From Myxococcota bacterium (GTDB lineage Bacteria; Myxococcota_A; Polyangia; Nannocystales; Nannocystaceae): 64,000 nt of DNA. Below are positions 9,521 through 19,395 of this stretch, piece after piece. The notes under the pieces were generated by a model. That model worked only from the letters and a program-made list of their open reading frames with translations, made no database searches and had not been told where the DNA came from. The stretch lies in contig JBCCHT010000020.1 in the NCBI GenBank assembly GCA_039028615.1, forward strand, positions 128,001 through 192,000, read 5' to 3'. The first letter of the stretch is position 1; each line of letters begins with the position of its first letter. A program made the translations under genes and the position numbers.

Positions 9521-10599
9521 CCAAGACCGCGCTCGTCTCGTGGCTCGCCGCGCCCTTGGCCGCCCTGCTCGGGGTCTCAGGCTGCGCCCAAATCGAGACC
9601 CGCTCGTCGGTCGAGATCATGCCGCGCAGCGACGCCGACGTCCTGCGCCTCGGCGGGTCCGGGGGCGAGATCGCCGAGCGTGGCGTCACCGTGCAGTGGA
9701 CCCAAGACGGCGATCGCCTCGCCCTCGACCTCGTCGAAGACCGCTCCTGCGTCTCCGTCACCCACGTCCCCGTCGTTCGCGTCGAGCGGACCACGCGTCG
9801 CACCACTCGCGGCGCCATGTGGTGGGAGTACGGCCTCGGTGCCGCCGCCTTGGGTGTCGGCCTCGCCGGCCTCATCAGCCCCGAGTCGTTCTCCCAGGCC
9901 GCCATCGACAGCAATGGCAACCGGGTCGAGGAAACCGGCACCGGCTATCGCATCGGCGGCATCTTCACCGCCATCGGCTCCATCCTGCTCACCGCGGGTG
10001 TCGTCGACACCATCCGGACTCGCGACGACATCTCCTACGCCGACGCCTTTCGCCGCGAAGAAGGGGGCGCCGTCGCCTGCCGCGAGCCCCAGGTGCCGCT
10101 GCAAGAGCAGACCGTCGAGCTGCTCGTCGGCGAGTGGAGCACCACCGAGCCCACCGGGGACGACGGCGCCGTGAGGTTCCTGCTCCCCGAGATCGAAGAG
10201 CTGTCGTCCGAGGCTCAGGCCGCCATCGCAGCCCATGCCGCGTGGGCCGAGGCCAAGACCGCCGCCGACGAAGCAGCCGAGGCCGCCCGTCTGAAGGCCG
10301 AGGCCGAAGCCGCCGCCGAGGCGGAACAGAGCAAGAAGGGCCGCCGCGGTCGCAAGGTCAAAAAGGCCGAGCCGGAGCCGCCCGCCGAGCCCGTCGCCAC
10401 CGCCGATCCCGGTCCGCGCCCCGAGCCCTTCGTCGTCAAAGGCGTCCTGCGCATCGACAGCGGTCGTGCGCTCGCCATCGACTTCCTCGTTCCCTACGAC
10501 TGGTCCGGAGCCGAGCCCCATCAGGGCAAGGGCTCCGTCGACCCCATGCCCGCCCGTCGCCCGCCTCCCCGGCCGCGCTCGGGCGACGCCCAGCCCTGA
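9517..10599 (+). CDS. Hypothetical lipoprotein with two internal TM segments
   Basis: ATGA overlap with cyaY; VSGC lipobox; two hydrophobic segments; Ala/Glu coiled region. Confidence 0.7.
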   Translation: MTKTALVSWLAAPLAALLGVSGCAQIETRSSVEIMPRSDADVLRLGGSGGEIAERGVTVQWTQDGDRLALDLVEDRSCVSVTHVPVVRVERTTRRTTRGAMWWEYGLGAAALGVGLAGLISPESFSQAAIDSNGNRVEETGTGYRIGGIFTAIGSILLTAGVVDTIRTRDDISYADAFRREEGGAVACREPQVPLQEQTVELLVGEWSTTEPTGDDGAVRFLLPEIEELSSEAQAAIAAHAAWAEAKTAADEAAEAARLKAEAEAAAEAEQSKKGRRGRKVKKAEPEPPAEPVATADPGPRPEPFVVKGVLRIDSGRALAIDFLVPYDWSGAEPHQGKGSVDPMPARRPPPRPRSGDAQP

Positions 10600-10601
10600 C
10601 C

Positions 10602-11159
10602 ATGGACGGCACGCCCTCCGCCGACGTGCGTGAGGCTCGGGTGTTCGTCGGGCTCGGAGGCAACATCGGCGATCGCCTCGCCACCCTGCGCTCGGGCGCG
10701 CGGGGACTCTCCGATCCCGCCGCCGGCCTCGAGATCGTCCGCGCCTCCGGCATCTACGAGACCAGCCCCATGGGTCCCTCGACCGGCGCCTTCCTCAATG
10801 CCGTCGTCGAGCTGCGCACCCGCTGGGCCGCCGACGCCCTCATGGCCCGGTTACTCGAGGTCGAGGTGAAGCACGGCCGCCAACGAACCGAGCGGTGGGG
10901 CGCCCGTACCCTCGACCTCGACCTGCTCGTCGTCTTGCGAGCCGAAGGCGACCGCTGGGCGAACGAGTCTCGGAACACCCCCGGCCTCACCCTGCCTCAT
11001 GAGGGGATTGCCGACCGCGACTTCGTGCTCGTCCCCCTGCTCGAAGTCGCCGGTGAAGACCTCCTCGTCCGGGGACAGCCCGCCCGACGCTGGCTGGAGG
11101 CGCTGGAGCCGAAACAGCGGACCATACTGCGCCGCTGGGACGACGACCTCCTCGCCTGA
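10602..11159 (+). CDS. folK: 2-amino-4-hydroxy-6-hydroxymethyldihydropteridine diphosphokinase
   Basis: VGLGGNIGDR, FLNAV, RWGARTLDLDLL, LTLPH, RDFVLVPL. Confidence 0.93.
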   Translation: MDGTPSADVREARVFVGLGGNIGDRLATLRSGARGLSDPAAGLEIVRASGIYETSPMGPSTGAFLNAVVELRTRWAADALMARLLEVEVKHGRQRTERWGARTLDLDLLVVLRAEGDRWANESRNTPGLTLPHEGIADRDFVLVPLLEVAGEDLLVRGQPARRWLEALEPKQRTILRRWDDDLLA

Positions 11160-11226
11160 GCCTTCGGGCGTGATGGTTGGCGACAGGCGTGCTAGGGTCC
11201 GGCGCCCCGGATGACCGGGCCCGTGA

Positions 11227-11298
11227 AGGCGGGTAGCTCAGGGGTAGAGCAGCGTGCTTACACCGCGCTGGTCGCAGGTTCGAAACCTGTCCCGCCTA
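11227..11298 (+). tRNA. tRNA-Val (anticodon TAC), CCA not encoded
   Basis: Acceptor stem AGGCGGG/CCCGCCT, D-arm GCTC/GAGC, anticodon loop CTTACAC, T-arm GCAGG-TTCGAAA-CCTGT. Confidence 0.95.
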
Positions 11299-11357
11299 CT
11301 GGGGAACGGTGCGCTAGCAGGGTCTAGCGCGCCGTTTCCCGAGACTTCGTTCCGGGG

Positions 11358-12020
11358 ATGTACGCTACGGCCGTGGCCGACGAGCGTGGATATTGGGGCA
11401 AGGACCCGAAGTCGGGCCACCGCCAGTGGTTCGGGCCTTACTCTCGCAAAGAGAAGCACGGGCCGGCCACCATTGATGTCGACTGCGACAAGTACTCGAG
11501 TGTCGACGGTTGCCGCCTCCCCGATGGAACCCGCGGCCTGGTCAGGCACAGCTTCGCGTCGAATGTCGAACGCGACGGCCAGAAACTCGTGTGGAGAACC
11601 CAGCGCCCCGACGGTGGATACGAGTACGGCCGGATCGAAGTGGACGAAGGCGTCGATGTCCGATTCGTGGCCGAGCCCGAGCTCGCCCCCAAGCCGGCGC
11701 CCGACCATCCCGTGTACGACCGGTTCGTGATCGAGGTCCGCAGTGATCCGAGGCTCATGGCTCTCCTGCGCGACATCGAGTTCGCCAGAGAATTCTACGC
11801 CGCGATGTGCAACATGGATTGGGTCAAGACCGACGCGAGCAGCGCGTTTGGGTGCACGTTCCGTACGGCGGGGAGGATCGTCGCGGAGCTTCGCGGTATC
11901 GGGGAGGAGTACATCGACTTCTACGGGTCCGGGCCCGAAGGCACCGTGAGCCCGCGAGTCGCGGCCGAGCTGTCCCGGCTTCAGTGGTCCGCGCGCGAGA
12001 TGATCGGTCCGCTCTACTAG
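11358..12020 (+). CDS. Hypothetical protein
   Basis: 220-aa ORF with coding-like composition; C-terminal FYAAMCN..W...FRTAGRIVAELRG..EEYIDFYGSG.EG.V motif. Confidence 0.65.
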   Translation: MYATAVADERGYWGKDPKSGHRQWFGPYSRKEKHGPATIDVDCDKYSSVDGCRLPDGTRGLVRHSFASNVERDGQKLVWRTQRPDGGYEYGRIEVDEGVDVRFVAEPELAPKPAPDHPVYDRFVIEVRSDPRLMALLRDIEFAREFYAAMCNMDWVKTDASSAFGCTFRTAGRIVAELRGIGEEYIDFYGSGPEGTVSPRVAAELSRLQWSAREMIGPLY

Positions 12021-12313
12021 CAAGTCGCCCCAACGCCCCGCCGTGCGCACGCGTGGCATGGCCAGAACGTAGCTCCGTTCCAGGTTAGAGGCGGTTCGCG
12101 GCCGTTTTCGCACGACCACGAGTCGGCTCGAGGCGTTCGTCGAAAAAATCGGGAACGAATCGGCCTCCGGCCTGACAGCTGAGGTGAACCCAAAAGACGT
12201 GCTTCGGGCCGCGGTCCGACTCGGACCCACCGGCCCTCCTCATCGCCGGAAGTCGCATGAGCATCGAGTTGCTCGATCTCTCGTTCTTCCGCCGCCCACA
12301 CCATCCGGACTTC

Positions 12314-13051
12314 ATGATGAAAAAGCTTCTCCCCTCCGTCGTTCTGCTCTGCTCCTCCCTGACCTTCGCCGGTTGCATCCTCGAGGAGGAGCCCGACATC
12401 GACGACAGCAGCACCAATGGCGCCACCGGGTCCAACGAAGACACGGGCATGGACGGCGATGCCACCGACGCCCAGAACACCGACGATGCCGCCGACTCGA
12501 GCGATGGCGGAGCCGCCGACTGCCTCAGCGAGGAGTACGAGTGGGACGAGGCCACCAACCCTCTGGGGCCCAACCAGTGCAACGACGACTGCGAGTGCGA
12601 CGGCGCCCGCGACTGCTCACCCTTCGGTTGGTGCGAAGGCATCGCGCGCGGCGATCAGGCGTTCATCCCCATGGGTGGCCCCTGGACTGTCTTCAACCCG
12701 GCCGTCGACACCTCGGCGTGCAAGGGCTTCGAGGCAGAGCTCGAGAGCACCGAGCCGGAGATGATCCAGCTGGTGACCGACTCCGACGGCACCTTCACCA
12801 TCGATCAGGACAGCTCGGGTTTTCACGACGACTGTGTGCTCACGGGCATGGACTTCGTGTGCACCGAGATCGTCCAGGACGACAAGGAGTTTCTGGACGT
12901 CATCGTCCTCTCCGGCACCTTCAGCGGTCCGACGAGGGCGAGCGGCGTGATGTCCATCGCCTCGAGCTGTGCGGACAAAGGCTTCTGCGGTGAAGAGCCG
13001 AGCCTGCCCTGCGATTGGGAGATCACCTTCGACATGGAGCTGATGGAGTAA
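12314..13051 (+). CDS. Cys-rich lipoprotein
   Basis: MMKKLL...FAGC lipobox, acidic linker, Cys module NQCNDDCECDGARDCSPFGWC. Confidence 0.75.
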   Translation: MMKKLLPSVVLLCSSLTFAGCILEEEPDIDDSSTNGATGSNEDTGMDGDATDAQNTDDAADSSDGGAADCLSEEYEWDEATNPLGPNQCNDDCECDGARDCSPFGWCEGIARGDQAFIPMGGPWTVFNPAVDTSACKGFEAELESTEPEMIQLVTDSDGTFTIDQDSSGFHDDCVLTGMDFVCTEIVQDDKEFLDVIVLSGTFSGPTRASGVMSIASSCADKGFCGEEPSLPCDWEITFDMELME

Positions 13052-13112
13052 GCCCCGGGTCGGCACCGCTCGTGACTCCACCGAACGACGGGGGCGAGGT
13101 ACCCTCCTCTCC

Positions 13113-13805
13113 GTGAAGGCGGAGTCGCGACGCGAGGCCGACGAGCGAGAGCGTGCGGCGTTGGAGCAGATCCAGATCCAGGTCGCCGCTCGAGACCGAC
13201 GCAGCGTGGTCTCGCCGAGCACCACGCGGTCGGCATGGAGCGCCGAGGTCGATCTGACGCCTCACGAAGTGGTGGCCGTACTCGAGGGATCAGGCGAGGT
13301 CGTCGCGGTCCCGATGAGCGAAGAGGAGCAGCTCCCGCGCAACAAACACACGGCCAAGGTCCTGCTCGACAACCAGGGAACCGAGCTGGCGCTGTGGCAA
13401 CGACCGCGGCGCTCGGCCGAGGTCTTCGCCAGTCGAGAGCGCATCCCCTACCCGGACTTTCTGCGCGTGCGCATCGAGGCCACATCCGCGGGATGTCGGC
13501 TCCTCGCTTCGTGGCACCGTCACCCGGCCACGGTGGCGATCAAGCGGCGCAATTCATTTTGGAGTGCGGTCATCATCGCCGGGTCGGCCCTGCCGTTGCT
13601 CAGCGGCCACGCGCAAGGGTGGATCGGCACCGTCGTCATCGCCCTGCTCGGCCTGTACTGGATGTGGGACATGTCCAGGATGGAGATCCCGCCCTCGATG
13701 GCGCTCACCGTGCTCGAGGAGGCGATCACCCCTCACCGGCTGAGCCCCAACGAGCGCCTGCCGCCGTACCGCGCCGATGCTCGCCAGCCCCGCGACGAAC
13801 AGTAA
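13113..13805 (+). CDS. Hypothetical membrane protein
   Basis: Two C-terminal TM segments; ends with PPYR. Confidence 0.6.
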   Translation: MKAESRREADERERAALEQIQIQVAARDRRSVVSPSTTRSAWSAEVDLTPHEVVAVLEGSGEVVAVPMSEEEQLPRNKHTAKVLLDNQGTELALWQRPRRSAEVFASRERIPYPDFLRVRIEATSAGCRLLASWHRHPATVAIKRRNSFWSAVIIAGSALPLLSGHAQGWIGTVVIALLGLYWMWDMSRMEIPPSMALTVLEEAITPHRLSPNERLPPYRADARQPRDEQ

Positions 13806-13852
13806 CGAACCGCCAGAGTCGAGATGCCAGCAAACCGCGGTGGGATCGGCGC

Positions 13853-14149
13853 TCAGGCGGCCGCCGCCGCTTGAGCCACGGGTATCGGATGAACCACGCC
13901 GCCGATACAGACGTTGAAGTTGGGGTTGTAGCAGATCGGCATGGTGATGCCGCCGACGGTCAGCGGACAACATGCAGTCTGGCCCGCGTTGGTTTGGGCT
14001 ACCGTTTGCGGACACGGGTTCGGATTGCAGGCGCCAGGCACAGCGACCCCCGCGGGGCGGATCTGCTGAGCGCGGGAAGCCGCGACCGGCGACCTCGTCG
14101 CGGTCGAGGCAAAACGAGGACGAGCGGTCGTGAGTCGAGGCAGTTTCAT
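13853..14149 (-). CDS. Small Cys-rich protein, precursor-like
   Basis: 98 aa: basic MKLPRLTTARPRF N-terminus, then a 6-Cys C-terminal domain. Confidence 0.6.
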   Translation of the reverse strand: MKLPRLTTARPRFASTATRSPVAASRAQQIRPAGVAVPGACNPNPCPQTVAQTNAGQTACCPLTVGGITMPICYNPNFNVCIGGVVHPIPVAQAAAAA

Positions 14150-14249
14150 CGCGAGTATTCGTGATACCTCGAACGCCTCCGTCCGCAGACTCCCCGAACG
14201 GGGGGTGTGCATGAGCGACCGATCGAAATCGCAAACGGCAGCGACGCGG

Positions 14250-15155
14250 TCATGGGCCGAAGAGCGTCTCCTCCAGCCATGACTCCACGTGGGCGGCAAC
14301 TTCTTCCCAGCCCTCTTGCCCGCAGATCCAGTGGGTTCGCCCGGCAAACTCCCGATAGTCGGTCGGCGGCCCCTGGTAAAACTCGTAGTTCTTGCGAGAC
14401 AGGCTCACCGGGATGATGTGGTCGAGTTCGCCAGCCACCAACAACAGCGGAGGGCGATCCGCTCGGGGGTCGATGCGCGCCACGTCGGAGGTGCTATCGC
14501 GCGCCACTTGCCCCGACTCGGGTACGGCATGGGCTCGCCACACCCGCTCGACCTCGGCGTCGTCGAGGGTGTGGGCAAAGGCGTAGGTGAACCAAGACTT
14601 GGACGGGACGAAGGGGCGACGACGCTTGGTGATCACCGGGAAGTTGCTCCGCAAGAAGCTCCACTTGGCCGTCGACACCCCGGCCGGCGGCGCGGAGTCG
14701 ATGGCGATCCCCGCCCGGACGCCACCCTCCTGCAGCAGGATCTGTACGACCAACCCGCCCATCGAATGACCGACGAGGATCGGAGGCTCGGGCATCTCGG
14801 CGATGGCTCGACGATAGACGTCGAGTACGGCGTCCAACCGCAACGAGGGCAAATCTTCGGGAGGCGCGGCCTTGAGCTGTTCGGGATCGCCTCGTCGGTA
14901 GGGCCAGTCCGGGGCGTAGGTGCGGTAGCCTCGGTCGGAGAAGTACTTCTCCCATTCAGACCAGCTCGACGCGGTCATGAACATGCCGTGGACGAATAGG
15001 ATCGGCGGGTGATCGGACATGGTGGGCTCCTGGTGGGAATCGAGGGACGCGGAGGTGGGCTCGAGGCTGGGCGTGGCCGACGCGGGGCGATCGGTCGCCC
15101 CTGCCGCGCATGCCGCTACGAGAGGAAGGACAACGAACGGGTGATGGGTGCTCAT
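14250..15155 (-). CDS. Alpha/beta-fold hydrolase
   Basis: FVHGM, GHSMGG nucleophile elbow, D and H (GRTHW); alternative start at 15020 with AGGAG RBS. Confidence 0.88.
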   Translation of the reverse strand: MSTHHPFVVLPLVAACAAGATDRPASATPSLEPTSASLDSHQEPTMSDHPPILFVHGMFMTASSWSEWEKYFSDRGYRTYAPDWPYRRGDPEQLKAAPPEDLPSLRLDAVLDVYRRAIAEMPEPPILVGHSMGGLVVQILLQEGGVRAGIAIDSAPPAGVSTAKWSFLRSNFPVITKRRRPFVPSKSWFTYAFAHTLDDAEVERVWRAHAVPESGQVARDSTSDVARIDPRADRPPLLLVAGELDHIIPVSLSRKNYEFYQGPPTDYREFAGRTHWICGQEGWEEVAAHVESWLEETLFGP

Positions 15156-15288
15156 GGGGGTCTCCCGAGGCCCTGGAAGGCCTTCTACGGGGAACGAAGC
15201 GCCGTCTGGCCTTGCCAAGGTAGGAACCGGGAGCCATGCTGGCCGTGTCCGATTGGACAAAGATCGGTCCTCATTCGCCAGGCCACTG

Positions 15289-16272
15289 ATGCACGTCGAC
15301 CTCCTCCTTCTGCCGGGGGCGTTCCAAACCCAGATCGCCGTCACCATCGACGGATTCGCCACCGCCAACCGGCTGCTGGCCGAGCTTTCCCCCGAGAGCC
15401 CGCCGCCGCTGTCGTGGTCGGTTCGCACGCGCGACGGCAAGCCGGTCGCCGCCAGCAACGGGCAGCCGGTGGTGGCAGACGGGCCATGGGAAGACGCCCG
15501 CGGCGACATTGCCCTGCCCTTCGGCGTGGGCATGCCCGACGAGTCGCTCATCACCTGCGGGCGAGCCTCTCCCCACTACGGTCGACTCGTGGAATTCCTG
15601 CGAGAGCGTCACGCCGCCGGAGCACGACTCGCGGGAAGCTGCGCCTCCACGTTTGCCCTCGCCGAGACGGGGCTGCTCGACAATGGGCGCGCCACGACGA
15701 GCTGGTGGCTCGGGCCTCTGTTTCGGCGAACCTTTCCCGCGGTCACCCTCGACCCGGACGCCTTGCTGACGGAACACAACCGGGTCACGTGCGCGGGGGC
15801 GGCCCTGGCCCAGTTCGATCTGGTGCTCTACCTCATCTCCCAGCAGGCGGGCGAGCTCGCCCGCGTGTGTGCCAAGTACTTCGTGCTCGACGGCGGGCGC
15901 CGCTCACAGGCCCCGTACATCATCCCGGAACACTTGGCTCGGCACGATCCACTCGTGGCCGATGCCCAGGACTGGATTCGCCGTCACTTGGTCTCGTCGT
16001 TCAGCATCGCCGACCTGGCGCAGCATCTCGGCTGCTCGAGTCGTACGCTCAATCGTCGCTTCGTTCGCGCCCTGGGGCATGCACCCTCGGTGTACATCCA
16101 ACGCTGCCGCGCCGAAGAAGCGGCCCGGTTGCTGCGCAGCACGGACGCATCGATCAGCGAGGTCGCGGCTCGGGTCGGCTACGCGGAGGAAGGAGCCCTG
16201 CGCAAGTCCTTCCAACGAACCTTCCACAGCAGCCCCCTCAGCTATCGCCAGCGGTACCGTCCCGGGCGATGA
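15289..16272 (+). CDS. GlxA-family transcriptional regulator (DJ-1/PfpI + AraC HTH)
   Basis: GSCASTFALAETGLLD...ATTSWW, RRSQAPY, C-terminal AraC HTH (VGYAE...F.R.F..SP..YR); divergent from the hydrolase. Confidence 0.9.
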   Translation: MHVDLLLLPGAFQTQIAVTIDGFATANRLLAELSPESPPPLSWSVRTRDGKPVAASNGQPVVADGPWEDARGDIALPFGVGMPDESLITCGRASPHYGRLVEFLRERHAAGARLAGSCASTFALAETGLLDNGRATTSWWLGPLFRRTFPAVTLDPDALLTEHNRVTCAGAALAQFDLVLYLISQQAGELARVCAKYFVLDGGRRSQAPYIIPEHLARHDPLVADAQDWIRRHLVSSFSIADLAQHLGCSSRTLNRRFVRALGHAPSVYIQRCRAEEAARLLRSTDASISEVAARVGYAEEGALRKSFQRTFHSSPLSYRQRYRPGR

Positions 16273-16287
16273 GCCGACGGCCGTCGG

Positions 16288-19209
16288 TCAGGGGGCAGCC
16301 GCGGTCGACGGCGTGAAGGTCCCCTCCGGGTCGAACATTTGCAGCCACTCGTCGACGGCCTTCACGCGCTCGTCCTTGCCCGCGTCCGCGAGCGCGCGCC
16401 GATCCTGCCAGGCAGCCTCGACGGCCTGTCGTAGGTGTTGCCGAGCCGCGACGTCGTCTCCGTCACGCTCGTCGAGCGTGGACAGCTCGACGTTCACGTT
16501 CCGCCGATCCTCGGGTTCGAGCCACGCCATCGCGAGCATCTCTTCGTAGGTCGCTCGCGCCTCGGCGTACTGCCCGAGGTTCTTCTCGACCGTGACCCGC
16601 ACCATCAGCGAGCTCTCGAGCGCCATGCGCTCGGGGTCCTTGCGGCGAATCGCGACCGCGCCCTCGGCCGCCGCCTTGGCGGCCTCGAACTCCTTGCGCC
16701 GAAGATACAGGCGCGCCAGGTTGTGCTGCGTCTGCCCGATGTCCTCGTGGTCGGCAGGCAGGCTCTGGCGGCGAATCTGGAGCGCTCGCTCGAGGGCATC
16801 GCGGGCCTGGTCGTACTGCTCGGACTTCGTGTACATGCGCCCGAGGTTGTTGTACTTGAGCGCGACGTTGGGGTGCTGGGGCCCGAGGTTGGCGACGGAG
16901 ATCTCGATGGACCGCAGGTACAGCGGCTCGGCCTGCTCGTAGCGCCCAAATCGATAGTGCATCGTGGCGATATTGTTGATGCTGCCCGCGAGCTTGGGGT
17001 GATCGGGGCCAAAGCCTTCGGTGCGCAGGCGCAGGGTCTCCTCGAACAGCTCGAGCGCCCCTTCGCGGTTGCCGGCTCGCGCCTCGACCATGGCCCGGTT
17101 GTTGACGAGCTGGGCGTTGAGCAAGCCGGAAGGGTCGCCCGCGAACCCGATGGCGAGCTGAGCATCGCGCACCCAGCCCTTGGCCTCGGCGGGCTTGCGG
17201 AGGCCGTAGCCGACGAACATGACCATGTCGACGGCGGCGACGCTGGCCACGCCCCACGCCCCCGACTCGGCGGCTTGCATATACGCAAGGGTTCCCTCTT
17301 CGGCGGCGGCTTCGTCGTCGTCGGTGGCGCTCGACAGCTTGCCGCGGAGGCGATGGGCCTGTGCGCTCAGTGGTGCCCAACCGAGCGCCTCGGCCCGCTC
17401 CACCGCGGGCGCGACCAGCTCGTGCCCCCGGGGGTAGTCACCCGCGTCATAGCTGACTTTCACCCGCGCGAGTTCATCTCGAAGCTCGCGGGACGCATCG
17501 GCGATCTCGGGACCCGGTGGCGGCGGCGAACGAGCCAACGCGGCCTCGTCGACGCAAGCGGCAGAACGAGGCAGCACCGCCGCCATGTCCACCGCCCGGC
17601 TCAGCAACGAAGCGTCGGCATCGACCAAGACTTCGACCAGCGCCTCGAGCTGCACGCGGTGATCGTCGAGGCACCACTGCGCGCGAGCGCGGGTGTCGTC
17701 GTTCCACTCGTGCTCGACCTCGGACGCCATGCAAGCCTGGGTCTGGGCGCTGCGCCATCCTTCGGCGTAGTCGTCGAGCCAGGGGCCCACGCGCTCGGCC
17801 ACGGCCGGGGCATGCGTCTGCCCCGTGGCGGCAAAGGACTGATCGACTCGAGCCCGTACGTCGTCGTTCCACAGCGCGCGGATACTCTCCCCGGATTCCT
17901 CGCAGGCCGCCACCCGCTGGGCGTGATCGATGCGCTGCTTGGCGTACACGCCCCCGACCCCGAGCGCGAGCACGCCCACCGCGAGCGCGCCTCGGCGGAT
18001 GCGTCGACGGACCCGCGCCTGGTCCATGGCGGCGAGCAGGGCGGCCATGTCCGGGTAGCGCTGCTTGGGAAGCGGCGCGAGGCCTCGCTCGCACACGCGA
18101 CGCAGCCAGGTCGGCGCGGCGCGGTCGGAGGGCGGCGGACGCCGCTCGTCATCGAGCACCGCGCACATCAGGTTGGGGATCGAGTTCCCTTCGAAAGGCC
18201 GCTCGCCGTAGAGCAACTCCCACAGCGTGACGCAGAACGAGAACTGATCGCTCCGCGCGTCGACGTCCTCCTGCCGCCACTGCTCGGCGGACATGTACGC
18301 GGGCGTGCCCAGCAGCGCGTTGCCTTCGGTCATCTCGGTATCGAGCGACGAGGACGTCGCGACCCCCGACAGCGAGGCGCTCGACCGAATGTCATCGTTG
18401 ACTTCCCGCGGCCCGTCGCCACGCGCGAGGCCGAAATCCATGACGCGCACGCGACCGTCGGCGCCGACCATGACGTTGTCGGGCTTGAAGTCGCGATGCA
18501 GCAGGTTGGCTTCATGGGCCGCCTGCAACCCCTCGCCGGCCTGCTGCATGATCGCGAGGATCTCCATCCACGAGCGAGGGGCGGCTGCGACCCAGTCGCC
18601 GATCGTCTGCCCTTCGACGAACTCCATCGCGATCCAGACGCTGCGGTCGAAGGTCCCGACGTCGTGCACGGAGACGACATTGGGGTGATTGAGTCGGGCG
18701 AGCGCCTGCGCCTCACGCAACAGCCGGGTGCGCCCCTCGGTCGCTTCGGCGTCGTTGCGGCGACCCGGGAGCATGAGCTTGATGGCCACCTTGCGGTCCA
18801 GCTCGGGATCGTAGGCGGCGTAGACCACTCCCATCCCGCCCATGCCGAGCTTCGACAGCACGACATAGCGATCGATCGGGTCTCCTTGCTCGAGGATCCG
18901 CGCCCCCTCCGTGTCGGCCTTGGGGGTCGGCGTTGCTCGAGCAGCCCCCGCCATCGTGGCATCGAGCCCGATCGACGGGCCGGCCATGGTCGCGGCCAGC
19001 TCGGGTGGGCCCTTCGGCGCGGGAGCGAGGGTGTCCTCGAGCGCGGGGCTGCCCGTGGCGGGCCCCAGCATGGTCTTGGCCATACCCGGCGCCTCGGCAG
19101 ATGGTTTCACCCCCGGCGACGCGGCGGCGAGGGTGTCCTCGACGCTCGGCGCACGCGGAGTCTCGGGCTGAGCTTCGCCCGAAGAATCGCTACGTGGGTC
19201 CTCGGCCAT
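16288..19209 (-). CDS. Membrane Ser/Thr protein kinase with TPR domain
   Basis: LGMGGMGVVY, VAIK, HRDFKPDN, DFGLAR, GTPAYM, one TM segment, kinesin-light-chain-like TPRs; start at MAEDP (19209). Confidence 0.92.
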   Translation of the reverse strand: MAEDPRSDSSGEAQPETPRAPSVEDTLAAASPGVKPSAEAPGMAKTMLGPATGSPALEDTLAPAPKGPPELAATMAGPSIGLDATMAGAARATPTPKADTEGARILEQGDPIDRYVVLSKLGMGGMGVVYAAYDPELDRKVAIKLMLPGRRNDAEATEGRTRLLREAQALARLNHPNVVSVHDVGTFDRSVWIAMEFVEGQTIGDWVAAAPRSWMEILAIMQQAGEGLQAAHEANLLHRDFKPDNVMVGADGRVRVMDFGLARGDGPREVNDDIRSSASLSGVATSSSLDTEMTEGNALLGTPAYMSAEQWRQEDVDARSDQFSFCVTLWELLYGERPFEGNSIPNLMCAVLDDERRPPPSDRAAPTWLRRVCERGLAPLPKQRYPDMAALLAAMDQARVRRRIRRGALAVGVLALGVGGVYAKQRIDHAQRVAACEESGESIRALWNDDVRARVDQSFAATGQTHAPAVAERVGPWLDDYAEGWRSAQTQACMASEVEHEWNDDTRARAQWCLDDHRVQLEALVEVLVDADASLLSRAVDMAAVLPRSAACVDEAALARSPPPPGPEIADASRELRDELARVKVSYDAGDYPRGHELVAPAVERAEALGWAPLSAQAHRLRGKLSSATDDDEAAAEEGTLAYMQAAESGAWGVASVAAVDMVMFVGYGLRKPAEAKGWVRDAQLAIGFAGDPSGLLNAQLVNNRAMVEARAGNREGALELFEETLRLRTEGFGPDHPKLAGSINNIATMHYRFGRYEQAEPLYLRSIEISVANLGPQHPNVALKYNNLGRMYTKSEQYDQARDALERALQIRRQSLPADHEDIGQTQHNLARLYLRRKEFEAAKAAAEGAVAIRRKDPERMALESSLMVRVTVEKNLGQYAEARATYEEMLAMAWLEPEDRRNVNVELSTLDERDGDDVAARQHLRQAVEAAWQDRRALADAGKDERVKAVDEWLQMFDPEGTFTPSTAAAP

Positions 19210-19395
19210 GAGGGGGCGCCGCCATCGTATCAAGCCAATCGCGCGAGCGACCACCGTCGGGGATGACCATCCTCGAACGATGACCCGGCGGTGCACGGTG
19301 CGAACTTCGATGCCGAGTCGGCGCCCGGTCAGGGATCCCGCCGGGCTTGGCTCTTCCGTCGTCGGTGTGGCACAACCTCCGCGCATCGGGTTTGT

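Noticed and set aside
12060..12110. Second tRNA-like sequence (GTAGCTC...GTTAGAG...GGTTCG)
   Set aside because: Does not fold into a cloverleaf; spacing is wrong
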